DNA of 64,000 nt from NCBI RefSeq assembly GCF_037042905.1, contig NC_087253.1:1054001-1118000 (forward strand), given 5' to 3'. The position numbers were made by a program, and so were the translations under genes. The notes beneath the pieces are model-generated. The model saw only the letters and a list, made by a program, of their open reading frames with translations, was not told the origin of the DNA and made no database searches. The stretch is from Lytechinus pictus (taxonomy: Eukaryota). Of this stretch, positions 40,401 to 55,400 are shown one piece after another. Position 1 is the first letter of the stretch. The number at the start of each line of letters is the position of its first letter.

Positions 40401-43400
40401 CACAAGTTGGATATGAGTAGTTCGGTACTGCATTTAAGCTAAAGTTTCCTGGTGGTTTATTTTTGAATTGTGCTAATTTCCCCATTTTTGCCAATAATGA
40501 ATTTCCAACCAATCGTAAAAATCAATTGAAGGAGTGGAAAAAAATATGAAAATACCTAAATGACGCAATATTACATTAAGCATTAACTGCTCAATGCATG
40601 GTTCTCGCTTCGGAGTGATTCCGCTCTGGATAATAAACTAAATCTTGAAAGATATTTAATTCAGTGACCTGCTCTTTTGGCAACAATTTTAGATTTTCCA
40701 CAACCCTAGAATTACATAAGGGGTTTTCCCCATGAAGAAAGGGGCCTAAATAAGTTGTATCAATTCTACAATGTTGCCATACTATCCTTTTATTCAAAGT
40801 TATTTGCTTCATATTCACACATGCTTTTCATTCCCGTTCACTGCAAGAATATATTAAAAGCCCTTCAAAAATCAAATACATATACATATCCCTTTATTTT
40901 GTTTAAAATGTGCGGCCTACTTCAGGGAATCGTAGAGACGCCACTAAGTCAGCATCGTCATCGACTTGATGAATCCATATTCTCTTCTCATTTCTTAAGC
41001 TCACTTCATGAGGAATTTCCTACATCATTGCAAATCTTGAGAAGTGGCTCCTCTGTGAGCCCCGGCTTATGCCTCTCTTATGACAGAAACAAAACCCAAT
41101 TATCCAATTGGCCTCCCCAACAGCGCCAGTATTCTGCGCCTGTATCCCCCTCCTCCGTACCACGAAACTTCTCACGCACGTTCTTACGAGAATCGTGACA
41201 GAGCCAGAGCGATGACGGCAGCGTGAGCCATCGCTGACTTAATTCACTGCAGAACAAAAACCTATTATCCAATATCCTAAACGACAGGAGCCTTGCAACG
41301 CCTTATGACATCGCTGGTGATGATAGAATGACAGGAAGCTCAGTCATAGTGACTCTACCAAACACTAATCAAGGATTTCCGTTCAGATTCAACCCTTACA
41401 TTGCTATATCCAAGTCTCTTCAAATAACTTCCATCCTTCCCTGTGGCTTTATGTTACATCACATCCAAGAAAAATGTTCCCTACAGGTTACTCCTAACCT
41501 ACTAAATTTTTAGATTTTCCCCATTTTTATTATCTTGTCATCCCGTCTTGAAGAACAGCTTATACATGTGTAGACTGTAGCTGACTGAGGAAACGAAAGT
41601 TGTGTTGGGATGCAAGCCAAAAAGGCATCTCAGTGGAATAGATCAAACCGTGTATTTTCCAATTCTGACGCCCACACTTCCTTCCAGCATGTGATGTGAC
41701 ACAGGCGCTTGACCTTTTTTGATCGAACGCTCCTCGCCACCGAAAGTGAGCCACCGTAAAACAGAACAGGCCATGCACAGGGATGCATTGTGGCTGAAAC
41801 TTTGCCCATAAAGGCATTCAACTTCAAGGAGAAAATGTGGTTTTAGGAAGCATGCATGAAGTGGCACACTTGAGCCATTGAATGTAAACCATGAAGAGAA
41901 TACTTTCCTTTTTCATTTCCTCATCAGTCCAATGAGCAACATTAACAAGATACTTTCTGCCTATGCATGAAATATGCTTGTAGATTAACCTTCTAAAAAT
42001 ATTTTGACTACGGTATAAAATATTATGTACAATCCAAAGTATTTCATGGGACCACTAATCTATAAATCACTGATTCCCACATTCCTATAAAGACTGGCAC
42101 ACTGTTTTTCCCCCTTAAATATATAAATCAACAAAACAGGGGCAAGAATAATCAGTTGATTTTCAACACAGTATCAGTTTTAGAGTATAATCAAATTAGC
42201 CTTCTCGGGAGCAGTCTAATGAATGGCTTAATTTTGCATAGTTTTCTGCTGGTTATGATGTATTTGATCATAAAATCATAGGATCACATTTTAGTGCCAA
42301 CTAAAGCAAGGTACCCTGGATATCTTACAAAAACTGGTTTCTTTGACTCCATGTTTTGTCATCATTATCTCCTCATAAAGCTGCCATCACTGGCAAGAAG
42401 GGAACAAAAGGGAGGATGAGTAATTAGGGGTGACATCACTGTACCCCAGTTAATCACCCACTACCTGCCAGGCTAGCTTAAGCAGAGGACTTCCAATTGG
42501 ATTAAAAACTTCCACTCACCCTACATTGAGCATCCATTAGCTATGACCTTCAAACCTTACAGCAGGTCACACACAACATGTTGCTTCAAGTATATGGCAA
42601 CTTGGGTTTCCCATCTTTTATCTAAATGAATCAAAACTTCCGATTTTTCAAGGGCTCTTGGGGGCATTTTTTTTTTTTTTTTGGGGGGGGGGGTGAATAT
42701 GCCCTAAGCCCCCACATGTACTTTTCCCCCTGATATACACACCTTTGCCTGAGCTCTTCTGGCTTGTCTAACATTGTTAAGAGCTGTATAGTTCCCTTCC
42801 AAGATGGAAGCAAGCTGGGCAAGTTCTGCTGCATGTCGCTGATGTTCCTGATGAGATGTTAACAAAATTTGCACATTAGAAACATTGAAGATTTTTTTCC
42901 TTTCAAAGCATTATTAAGTAATATTATTAACACAACCAAACATCCTAGTTGAATAGCATCTGAATATAGATTTTACAAGTGTTTTTATGGATTATATGAC
43001 AAGTGATAACTTCCTATATTAATAGCAAGTGACTAGCATTTGTGTCCTCCTAACTTGAGAACCCACTGGTGATTGTGGAAATCATGCTGTTCTTCTAACT
43101 TTCAAAATATGCTAATACTAGACAAAAGTACATTACACCAGGGAGAGGAAGAAACATTGAGAGACAGAGAGTAAGAAGTGGGAGAGAGTGGGAGAAAGAG
43201 AGAGAAAATGAGAGAGAATATCCTTGTTAAGGGCAGTGATGAAACAATTGTTCATCCTACGATAATGAAGCTTTTCCTTGCACATTTTCTCTCATCAGGA
43301 TATGTACAATTATGGCTTTGAAAAGGGGAAAAAATTCTACCACACTGGCTCTAATAACTAAAGAAAGATGAGTAGAGTTTCCTGTAATCAACGTGTCACA

Positions 43401-46400
43401 CGGCTTGTGCTATGACTCAGCAGCATGCTATTGAACATTCCTCAATTTCAATTTGAGTTAGCAATATTTTTCTAAACATTACAATTGGGTTAGTATATGT
43501 TTTTAATCAACCAAAAGCATTTCGAGAATGTTTGTCTATACAGAAATTAATCAATTTTTTTATAGAAGTTAATAACATAAAAAAAAATGTTCTAATCAAT
43601 TTCCCCTTTACATAAAAGAAGCCTATAATGCAAACATTTTAATGAAATTATATTAATTTAGGATGGCATGTGTACATGATGCACATATACTGTAATGCTG
43701 CCACCTGAAGTATACCCACAAGAAATAACATCCTACATACATACATGTAGTATGATTGAGAATGTAGATCCATCTAAAACTAGCTTGTCAGTAGAAATGC
43801 TGAGCTGGGACAAGCTGGTCATTTATTTATTGTCTCATTGCATTCTTGGCATACTCGATCGTCTGTTTGAGACCAGGACTGTGTAGCACAATCCAATAGG
43901 ATTGATTGCATGATTTTTGTGATTGTCTCCATAGAATACCATGTAAAATAAGTTGTAAATATCAATGATACGATTAATCTATAAGCTTTGTGTCAAGCGC
44001 CATGAGTGTACAAATGCTTCCATAAATAGATTTCAAACAAGAATCCATAGACCATAGCTCAACTATAGCTAACCTTAGGAAACTATGCATGTGAATATAT
44101 ATATATATATATTGATCCCAACTACATGTGCATGCACAATTTGCAAATTGGAGATCTATAAAGCTTAAAATAAGTGTACTATGAATAAAATATAACTGAT
44201 AAACGAAAGATAAAGTTTTAAAAATGCATCATTCTCATTAGTGATGTTTCCTACAATTCATGAAAATACTACAATACATTAATGACTGAAAGTCAAATGA
44301 AGAAAAGGGGAAAAGAGGAGGGGGATACTTACTGCTGCCAAGATTCGTTCTCTTTCCTCTCGTTCTAATCTTTCTCTTTCTAGACGTTCCTTCTCCTCTT
44401 GTTCTTTACGTGCACGTTCTTCCTCTATAAATGTAATATAAAATAAAAATGACATAAACACTTGACTAGCAAATGTAACAAGATTCTAAAGATTGAATAT
44501 AACAAGATGGAACAAGTGTTTATTTCCTTGTCCTCAATAAAACAAGTACGCAAGTATTTGTTACTGATTGTTGTCCTAGCTTTATCTACAGTTCGGGAAA
44601 TAATTATAACACCAGTTTCCCATTCAGTATCCATACTGTGTGGTCTAATATTTCCCAAGGTTTATATCAAGAATTGCATTTCGTTTTTTGGTTGTCTAAA
44701 AAATTTTGATTCAGAAGAGGTATATAACACATGCTTGGACTTATCATTCAACAATATAGGTCAACTTTAAGAAGGTGAAACATACAAACATGAACCACTT
44801 CTTACTATAGGAGAAATATCTTAATTCTGTATAAGAACTTGCTTCTTACACGTTAAACCAGTGAACTGTACCTTTTAAATACGGTTAAGTTCAAAATAAA
44901 ATTAAAATTTGGTTTTATCTGCTCGAGCGTGTTTAGAAATCATAAATCATTAATCTAGTCCATGTAGCACACATCATAATAGGCATTCAATTATATGTAC
45001 CTTAGCCAGTATTGATTAGAAAGACTACGTATGTACATTGTACACTGTTCATCTCCATGTATCATATCATTGGGCCTAGTAGGCAGAGTCCACTCCAAGC
45101 TAAAAGCTAAACTGCAAACAATGCTAGTGATCATACAATGAATGAGCCCTAATTTCACAAACACACATCAGCATAAAACTCCCAATAGTAAAAAGATGCT
45201 GTGGTCTGTAACATTATAGGCTACAATGTACAATGTAGACATACCAATCAAAATCAGTGTATTTCATATCGCAAGTTGCTTGGCACCATAAAGAGATAAC
45301 AGATACATGTAAAGTGTGTTTTCAAATCAACACTACCATGTATATGTAGGAATACATGTATTATCATTCAACAAAAATGCAATAGAGATTAGGGGTCAAT
45401 AACCACTTTGAAACCAAGATTAATTGCCCAAAATGTAAATTGCAACATAATGGAATGTTATTACATTTTCAGCAACAAAAAAAAAAAAAAAAAAAAAAGA
45501 CTAGGAAATTGTGCAACTGCCCAGGCAGAAATTATGAAATTATTGCTCAACATTTTGCATTGCTAATTTCGATATAATGAAATTAGTCAATTTACATTAC
45601 AAAGTGCATTCCAAGCACAATGTTGCTGGCATGCGGTTTAACCTAACTTCCTCATTGAATTCCTACCAAGGTCTAAAAGTCAATAGAGAAACAATGCACA
45701 TTGTAAATGCAAATGTAAATTGTGTTGTGTAGTATAACAATGATTGACCATATCATATCTCTAATGGCTTTCATACCTGACCCAGTCAAGAGCAAATAAT
45801 GGTCTAGCTATTAATTCTACCATCATTGCCATGAATCAAAAACTCTCAAATGAATTTAAATTCCAAGTTGCGTGCTTACAAGAATCCAAATTCATAACGG
45901 ACCCACACTGAATATTAATCACAACACCAAGGCCTACTATCCATAAGAGATGGAGGAAAATTTCCCTCCATATAATAATCAAATATCATGAAATAATTTG
46001 AAACGAAGCTTGTACAGATGCAGAAAATTTCCCCCAAATAATGATCAAATATCAAGAAATATTTTCAAAGGAGCTTGTTCAGATTTTTAGATACGATACT
46101 GGACACCACTTCTACAGGCTCAATGCGTAGAAAGTATTGTAAATCCACAGTACATGTACACTGTACAAAGAAAGCAATAGAGATGTAAAGAAAGCCTTTG
46201 CCCAAGTTCTTACCAAGGTCATTATGCATACAAAAAACACATGTCAACTCAAATGGCCTTACAATGAACCCTGATCGTTAATAAACCAAGCATACATAAT
46301 GCATTCCTAATCTACATGTCAATGCTACTTCAAGGCAAATAATAGCAGCAGTCTCATAGCAAATTACATGTAAGACAGTTTACCAGACACCGGTTTCAAT

Positions 46401-49400
46401 ACATGTACACCGTAACAATTATTTCTTTTAAAATGACAGCCTAAAATCTGATGAGTAAAATAAAATATAAATGAATCCAAACTAAAAAAAAATCAAACAT
46501 TTCCCCTGGCATCAACTTATATACATTGGCTTTATATAAAATAAAATCTATAAGCCATACAGAAATTTCTTACTTACATTTCATCTGAATAAGAGCAGAA
46601 TTCATCCAGAAAGAAATGGCAAAACTAGCAAAGTCAAGGTTTGGTGTCCAAATACTGCTCAACACAACCAACACATCAGTGGATGGTTAGCAACAGTACA
46701 AAAGCTCACTGCTTCACACGCACCAGCACATGGCTGCCGTGCTGATAGCTCGGCAATGGGACACCCAGAGCACTACACACACACAGCACACATGCTCTCT
46801 ACTGTGAAGCATTGTGGCGGGAAACGTTTGAATGAGAATGAATGAGCTGCAGCTCTTGAGCAAAGAATGGTCAATGCAGAACCTAACGGAATGCAGAACA
46901 AAGACTGTGTTCAACAGGTATGCTACACAGGACAAAGACCCCTCCAAGACTAATCTCTATTTCCTGTGAATGCCATTGATCAAAGGTTAGACCCAAATCC
47001 CAGGTGGTTTACCCATTTGGTGACCTTTGACCCAGGGGTCAAAGCCAACAAACCAAAAGACTGGTTCTTCATTTATTCACCAACACAGGCCTATCGCTTT
47101 ATAATTGATTGTACATGTACTGTATTGTAGACCTCTATGAAAATCAAAGACTGATATCACAATACTATATGGCTAATACAGATGTACATATACATAGACC
47201 TATAGAGGGACTTCTGGTAGTTCCTTCATGGACATGGCATTAAAAAAAGCCTACAATAAACTACAAAGCAAGGCCATTCTAAATTACATGTATCATTAAC
47301 TAAAATAAAATATTGTCTCACAGAAATAATAGATTGATAGTGATATTCATGCTGTACCCTGAACTAAAAGCTATATTTTAAAACTAAAAAAAAAAAGTGA
47401 TTCTGAAAATAATGGGGAGGGGGGGGGGGGTAGCCCTTGTAAAATTGCAGACCCCAAAATGAAATAAACAGAAAGGCCTGCCAATATACAGTATATAAAA
47501 AAGAAATTTCACCATAGTTGGCTATATTAACCCCAGAAACGATTTTTCAAACAATTTACATGTACATGTATGTGACTATTTTTTTTATTCACTATAATGT
47601 TGATCAATTAATCTGTTTCTCAAGGTGACTAGACAATTAGTTTAATTTCTTCCTATTGACAGCTACCAGCATAAACCCAAATACCATACATTCATTGCAT
47701 ATTTACTGCCCGTTATAGTAATGAGGGATGACAAACTTTAAATGCACACATAATTCACTAACAAATATTGATAGAGTTTTTATAAAGCAAATACCATAAA
47801 GAGTTCATCAGGGGGAAAAAAGGTTTAAAAGTATGCTACGTATACATGTAGTGATGCTGACTAGAAACATTTGGGGGAGCAGCATTACATCATCACTCGC
47901 CCAATTTAAATCTTTAATGGGTGATTTTTATAACTGAAATTAAATAATTTATCTTTTCACCCCCTCCTCTAAAAAAAATTAAGTGAAAAAAAAAATAGAA
48001 TAAGCTGGACTCAGGCATACATATGCTGACTTAAAAATCTATTCAATTCCCCATCCTCAAATGAAAAAAAATCTAGTGGATTACATTTTATAATGTACAT
48101 CACATGTACAGGCAATGTTGTCCCTACCATTATGATACATGTACAATACATACATAAAGTCCTACTTTTTTTCCCACAGGAAGGGTATCAATACCAGTTT
48201 CATATCAATGTAAAGAGCTTCCAGCAGGTGTAACAATTGCAAGCAGACTTTTTGACATTTCAGAGACCTGAACATTTCCTAACGGAAACTCAGGAGGAAG
48301 CAACCTATCCGCTCAGAAGAAAATATTCTCATTGTTCATTTCACTTGAAACAATAACCAACAAAAATAAATTACAGCGGTCTGTCCTTAACAATCAGAAT
48401 GGGAGGCAAATTTTGCAATAGTACATTAAGCACAGGCCATGGTTTAAAATGACACTTCAATCTGCATGTACATTTATTCTACATGTTGAACGAAGTATCA
48501 AAACGTTGGTAATATTTTTTAATGCTTTATTCCCAACGGAAAGAAAATGCCAAAATAAATGGGTGAGTAAATCAACAGACAAAATTAATAAGCAAATATA
48601 TTAGTTATAAAATAAAACGACACAGAAATGAAAAGTAAGATATCAATATAGAATGAGATATTTTATAAGGCTATATAAAGCAAACTTCTACATGTCTATC
48701 GTGATTACATGTACATGTAACATTTCAAACCGAAAGGATAAGTTGCTAACCCCATTGTTGTGTTAAGTGTTTAGACTTGCATCTAATTATATCTTAACGA
48801 CAAAACTTAAAGAAACAAAATAAATTGTTTATCAATCTTCTTTCTTCCTATGACTTTTTCCTTCAGTAAAGGCAAGATTAAAATTTGATTTGAAATTGTA
48901 ACAGACTTAAAAAACAGTCAAAGAGACAAACAGGTCATGGAAGATTTAGAAATAAAGTACACACCTTGCTGTGAAGCTGGTCTCCTCATCCATTAAGATC
49001 AGGGACAGAAGTTCTTAAAGATTCACCAGATGGAACACCATGCTGAACAGGTACAATACAAGACCAAGGATTGAAGAAGAATCCTAAAGCCAAAGCTTCC
49101 GACAGGGAACGGTTCCTTCCGAAGTGGCAAACTGCACGGAACTGATAGCCAACGCCCAAATGTTCTCCTTATTTAACCAAGCCAGCGTGACAGGGCCAAG
49201 CATGGAGGAAAGAGAGAGTCTGTGAATCAGTCCTGTGATTCACACCAAGAGATCTAGGCTCATTGGTTCCTAAAACAAACCCCTTTTAAAAGCCACCTGT
49301 GGCACAGGAAGTACCAACTTCCCTAACTTTATCCACCAATCAGAAGCAGCCTTAGTCACTGGGTGAGCCTGACAAGGAGGCAATTGGTGGGAGGGGTGGG

Positions 49401-52400
49401 GACAAGAGGGGGATGTTGATAATCAATGGACCTAGGAATATGACAAAGGTCATCCTAAACAGCCAAGAGAATAATAAAGCATGAAAATGAGATGCATCCT
49501 ACGACTATAGATGTTTTTCATATTGCACATAGTGAGAACATGTCATTGTCTGTCAGAATGCTATTGTGTGCATCTACATTCACGTTGATGCACATTGGAA
49601 AAGTTACATGAAGATGACCAACAGCTGATTCATCAAAGCTTTTGGTCAAAGTTTGTGTGAATTTAAAAATAATTGGAATGTTCTCAATCTTGTGCTTATT
49701 TTGCTAAATGGGCCACAAATTAACCTCAAGTTTTTACAATGTGCTTTTTACGAAGTGGGACTGAATTCGTTATTTGACAAGGTAAAACTCGGCACTCAAA
49801 TAATAATGTAGTTTTAATCTATCTAAAATAATCAAAATTTAATCTTCAGCTGATGGGAGTGAATAAAGAATCTATTAAAACCCAAGAACACTTTATCCAG
49901 ATTCATAAACCAAGGCATAACTATTTTCATCTTTATGATGTATTGGTTTCATGACATACATGAACATGTATATGACACAAGCACATGTACACACACTTTA
50001 TACAGACTTGAATATATATATCTTGGCAAAACTGAAGTTGACTCAAACTCCAAACAAAAAGTTGATAAACTTGACAATAAAGATGTCATCAATATAGGAG
50101 GTCATCAATATTGGAGGTCAAAATCATATAAGACAGTTAAAATATTTTAAAATTTTCACTAAATAGTTTAACATGGGCAAATATGCAAATGAGGGAATCA
50201 ATGTCACACACTATTTCATTCACTCTTTGCTAATAATAACATTGTAGGATGCTAAATACAGATGTTTCTATAAAAAAGCGCTCAGTTGTCTAAAAAGTAG
50301 TCTTAATGAATTAAAAACAAAACGCATCTAATTATTTTGAGGAGCTCAATTGAGCTCCTCAAAATCACTCCCCTAAAGGAGCTAAATTTATGCTAAATTG
50401 TAGATTTTTCTTAAAATCGTAAATGCAATAGCTGTGTAGCGATTAATTAATCTGTGGTGAAACTAGGCCTGGGTCATTATGTTTACAAAATATCGCGCTC
50501 CTTAAAAAAAAAAACTTCACAAAAGATTGCTGAAATTTCGCATTTTACAATCTTTGTAGGAGTGCCGGCGTGATCCCGCTCCTCAAAAATGAAGGTCTTC
50601 AACATCAGTGCTCTTATTCATACATGAACCATGCTGTGCACAAGTAAAGGACAATACATCAAGTATGTCCTATTGCATTATACACTCACTATTTCTTTTG
50701 TTACATTTTGAAAACATGTGATCATTTTATGAAATCAAGCAAAACTTCAAAATGTAACAAAAATATAGTGTGTAATGCAATAGGAAATACTTGATGTATT
50801 GCTGTACTTGAAAACAGATACTCTATGGGCAAGAGCTATCCAGGGCATTCTATTTCAATTTACAATTACATGCAAATATATTTTCAAAAAAATAATAATT
50901 ACTGGTACAAAAAATACATTTCACCATACAAAAAATACAGTATTTTATCAGGCTAATTACTGATCTGGTTTGGAGGGAAATTCCCCTAGGAGATATACAG
51001 GTAGACTAAGCACATTTTAAGCTCGTAATTTTATCAAACTATCGACTAAAATATTTACATATTTTAATTTTCAGTCATAAACATGAATAGGTTGGTACAT
51101 GTATACCAATTCATAGGGCAAGAAAGAGATCTAAAAATCTTTATCAACACTTAATGCACATGGGAGGGAAATGAAACAAAGACAAGGGATTGTTTTTGTT
51201 TCAGACCCCCACATGTCCAAGTGTAGATTAAGGGTGAAAAGGACATTTCCAATCAAAGTGTATTAACCTACTAGACTTCCCAAAGCCATTATCAATTACA
51301 TATTCACTTCCTCTGTCTTGTTAGTGCTAATAGGAGAATTGTACTTGACAAAGTCACTAGGGTATGAGTTATGCAAGGGACTGTTTCATCAAGCATCTTG
51401 TTATTTTCATGGGCAAATTTGTCCTGAGCCAATCAGATGCAATGATTTCATCAGATTATAAAATAGTCTGTAAAATGCAATTTGTTTCATGAAATGACCC
51501 CCCCCCCCCCACAGTACAATTACTCATCTGTGTGTACTTTAAACACAAACAGACATACATGTATGTACAGTTATCAAGCCATTTTTTTTCTCAAAACAAA
51601 CTTTAAATATTTTCTGTAATTAAAAAATGATGTCTAACTGTTGAATCCTTTAACTGGAACTACACAATACAAAAGGGAAAGTGTGAATATGTTCTTTCAA
51701 TGGAATTGAAAGTGGAAGTGTTTTATTGAAATTTCAAGCACATAAAGAACAAAGGTTCACATAACATGAAATTTAAAATCCTGAAACACTCAAACAATGA
51801 AAAGGGGAAACAATATTTCCCCCTTCTTAATTTGGACGAACTGATTGCTAATAACGAATTGCTGATTACTAATGGCACGTTGTAAATAGAACAGAATAAC
51901 AAACCTTCTTCCTTTAATTGCTGGGCTTCTTCTTCTTTCTTTAATCTTTCTTTCTCAGCTTTGCTAAGTTTCCCTTTACCCTTCCCCTTAGCGGGTGACT
52001 TTGGCTTTGGAGGCTGGTGGGAGAGAGGGGAAAAAAAATACAATTCCTTTAATAAAAGAAGTTGTATACTAATAATTTACTCAATAATGTTAACTCCTTG
52101 GCACAATTCAAATTTATTGACAATGACATTAACACTTTTCAAATGAATGGCTTAATATCAAAAGGAAATATGGAAAGTAATTTTTTTTATTGCCGTTTCA
52201 GTTACGACAGCTTTAAGGGATGCTCCGGGCTGAAAACATTTCTATCTAAATAATTGGAGTAAAGTTCACAGAACAAAATGCTGAAAATTTGATCAAAATC
52301 GAATAACAAAGTTATTGAATTTTAAAGATTATTCCAGTATAAAACAGTTCTAGGCATGCTGTCATGAATATTCATTAGGTGGGCTGATGTCATATCCCCA

Positions 52401-55400
52401 CTTGTTCTTTTGTATTTTACTATATGAAATTAGGTTTATTCCAAAAATTTTCTACCAAGAATTAAAAGCAATTGGACTGACAACGATTAAGTGCATTATA
52501 CTAGTTATTTATTGCAGCAGCTTATTTCATCATAAAGGAGACACATCATTTACACAATGTCACATGTATGAAAAAATGAAACATTTATTATTTCATGTAC
52601 ATTATATACCCGCCTGTAACGTGGAAAATTGAGTTATTGGTCAAGCAAGAAAAGTGGAAGGTGGCGACTTCACCTTTGACTGTCTGACCTCAAATCAATA
52701 GAATTCCTGGAAACTATGCTAATATCATACACACCAAATTATATGAGCCTAGGTTAAGTTAAACAGAAGTTTACAAGGATTGCAGAAGGGTATTATAATA
52801 TGAAAACGTGTCACTGTGACCTTGACCTTTGACGGGGTTGAAAATAGACGGGAGCGACAAGCGATTCCGCCCTTGTGTGCTTTGGAATTGCTCTCGCAAC
52901 TGCCAAGTACTGAAACATGAAAATCGCTCCCGTCCAGTCTCGCATTTACGACTGCGTAGTAGTCAGACAGCCTGGCCAGCGCAGCTGCAGTTTTTACTTT
53001 CATGCATTTTTTGCGTTCTGACGTGTAACTGAGTGGAAATTTTAGAATCACGGGCGCGGCACTTCAAAAAAAAAAATGCGTATCGAGTTTCAAACTCTCG
53101 ATATCGCGGGTACTATTTTTCAAAACGCTGTGCGGCACTGGCACCAGGTCACGCATTATTGGATTAATTTTGAAGATAACTTCCTAAATTTGCAAGAAAA
53201 TAAGATCATGAATTCTGAAGAATATCACATATTTTTTTTTCATTTTAGAGTTAATTTTCAGCGACTTCACTTCTTAAATCTGAACTAAGACACTTGGTGC
53301 TCTGGAGTATGGCGCAGATCACGCAATTTCAAAATTTTCAGTGGGGATTTTTGGTGAGTAACAGTCAGTGCCTGAATGTATACATGTATTGACACTAATG
53401 CAGTGTCATACCCGTCTGTGTTGCAGTGATGATTGACTGAGAGTTGTGCTATGTTCAGTGGCTGAGCTGCGCTAGCATAGGCATAGCTTAGCCTAGACCA
53501 AAAGCTTCAGTCTCTGTTATGTTGGTTGTTCCGCTGAACTCCGTTGGCTCCACTCACCACATACAGAGACCGAAGTTCTAGCGCGATCTGTACAGGGGAC
53601 TCAATGGCCATATGTTTATGTATTAAGTTCGGAAAAAAAAGGGGAGTGAAGTTGCGCGACAGCCGAAGTAAGTCACTGTTTTTTCCCCTTTTAAGTTTAT
53701 TTTTCCCCATTTTGGTGCATTTCAGGCCAAAACGGAACAATAATCTTTATTTTGGTACAGTTCTTTTTATATATTTTTAAGAAATAAAGACAAAAATCGA
53801 TGAGCCCCGTCGGGGGGATTTTGCATTGTTAATCCCCTAATGGTGGCTGCACGATAGCGAGCTGTCTGTGTACGAAGAAATAAAAAAAAATAAAAATGTT
53901 AAAAAAACTCCTCGAAACAGACGGCTGCCAGCTGTCTAAGCTTAGCCTAGCTTGAGAAATAGTTGACATGGTGATGTTAGCTGCCAGGCTGTGATGCATT
54001 CAATATTTCATATAATAATTTTCAAGTGAGTTTTTATCAAAAAGTAATCATGAAAATGATTCCTCTGAATACAAATTCAGTTTGAATTTGATAAACTTCA
54101 TCCTATTCAATTTGATGGACAAAAATGTATAAGTTAGAAAGTCCAGTTAATTTAATATACGAGATACAAACAATAAGCATTAGATCTACATGTACAGTGT
54201 AATTGAACAATAAATTAAATAATAATTTAACAATTAATAACAATCAACAAAAAATAAATAGCAATTATACAATGGTTAATATTAAATGAAGGGAAAAAAT
54301 GCCTCTGGTAAAATGAAAGATGGCTCTTTTTTTTTTCAAAATGGCTCCCTAAAAATAAAAAGTAATTTCAACACTGCCTTTTGACCTCAAAATCAATAGG
54401 CTTCCTGGGATCCATGCAAGTATCATACACACCAAATTATACATATTTGAGTCTAGGTTAAGTTAAACTGAAGTTATTGCGTTTACAAGGAAAAGTTAAT
54501 GGACGGACAGACAGACAGACGTACACTGAGCGTGATACCATAGTATGTCCCGCCTAGACGGGCATACAAAAAGAAAGTGGGGATGTGACATCATCAGCCC
54601 ACCTAATGAATATTCATGACCATGAGCATTGAACTGTATTCACAAAATATTTATAAACTTCAAAATTCAATAAATTAGTTATTTATTATCCGATTTTGTT
54701 AATTTTTTTTGAGCATTTTGCTCTGTGAATTTTACTCTATTTACTTAGATATAAATATTTTCAGCACAGACCATGCCTTTATAAGTCAGTATGCAAGGCC
54801 TGTACATACTCAAGTATCTATAAATCATGCAAATCAATGGAACAATTACAAAGTTTTCAAATAAAAAGTTTTAAAACACATTGCAATGTACATCACATAT
54901 GGTCTGTCTGGTATTAAGCTAAGTGCATGTATATGTACGTATAGTTTATTAAACAGACTGACAGTACATGGACAAGACTACATGTATGAACTTCATTCAT
55001 GGTAAAGTCATCGTTTCCAGACCGACGATGCGGCCTGCCATCTCAAATTTGACCGTCATGTCTGGATGGGTTTTGGCGTACAAGGTCATTTGGTTGGGGT
55101 ATAGGGTAGAGAATTGACAGATGATAACTTGGAATCCCATGCAATTAATGTACTGTACACTCTGCGGACATGAAATCTGGCAACGCTATCCATTAATCAC
55201 AGACTGTTGTACATGTACCATCACAACAATGTGTGTTCATTGGGGAAGCAAAAATTACTATTTGGTCATTCCTTTTTTTTTACTAACTACATCAAGGTCT
55301 ACTTTATATATCTTTCCCCTTTTTTGCACCATCCATTTTTTGATAGCTGGTTATTAAATAGAAAATGTTCACCTACAAGAACAAACAGACTACAGTACAT

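Larger units (their letters stand above)
52217..54778. mobile_element. Kolobok/T2-type MITE (outer layer of a triple nest)
   Basis: TTAA left flank; ~200-bp inverted arms at 52217-52410 and 54570-54778, including GTCATGAATATTCATTAGGTGGGCTGATG. Confidence 0.8.

Noticed and set aside
40755-41198. 147-aa plus-strand ORF
   Set aside because: Non-ATG start, no recognisable domain, no supporting plus-strand splice structure.
42631-42834. ORF-track peptide MQQNLPSLL...
   Set aside because: Wrong frame; the real exon 4 is read in another frame.
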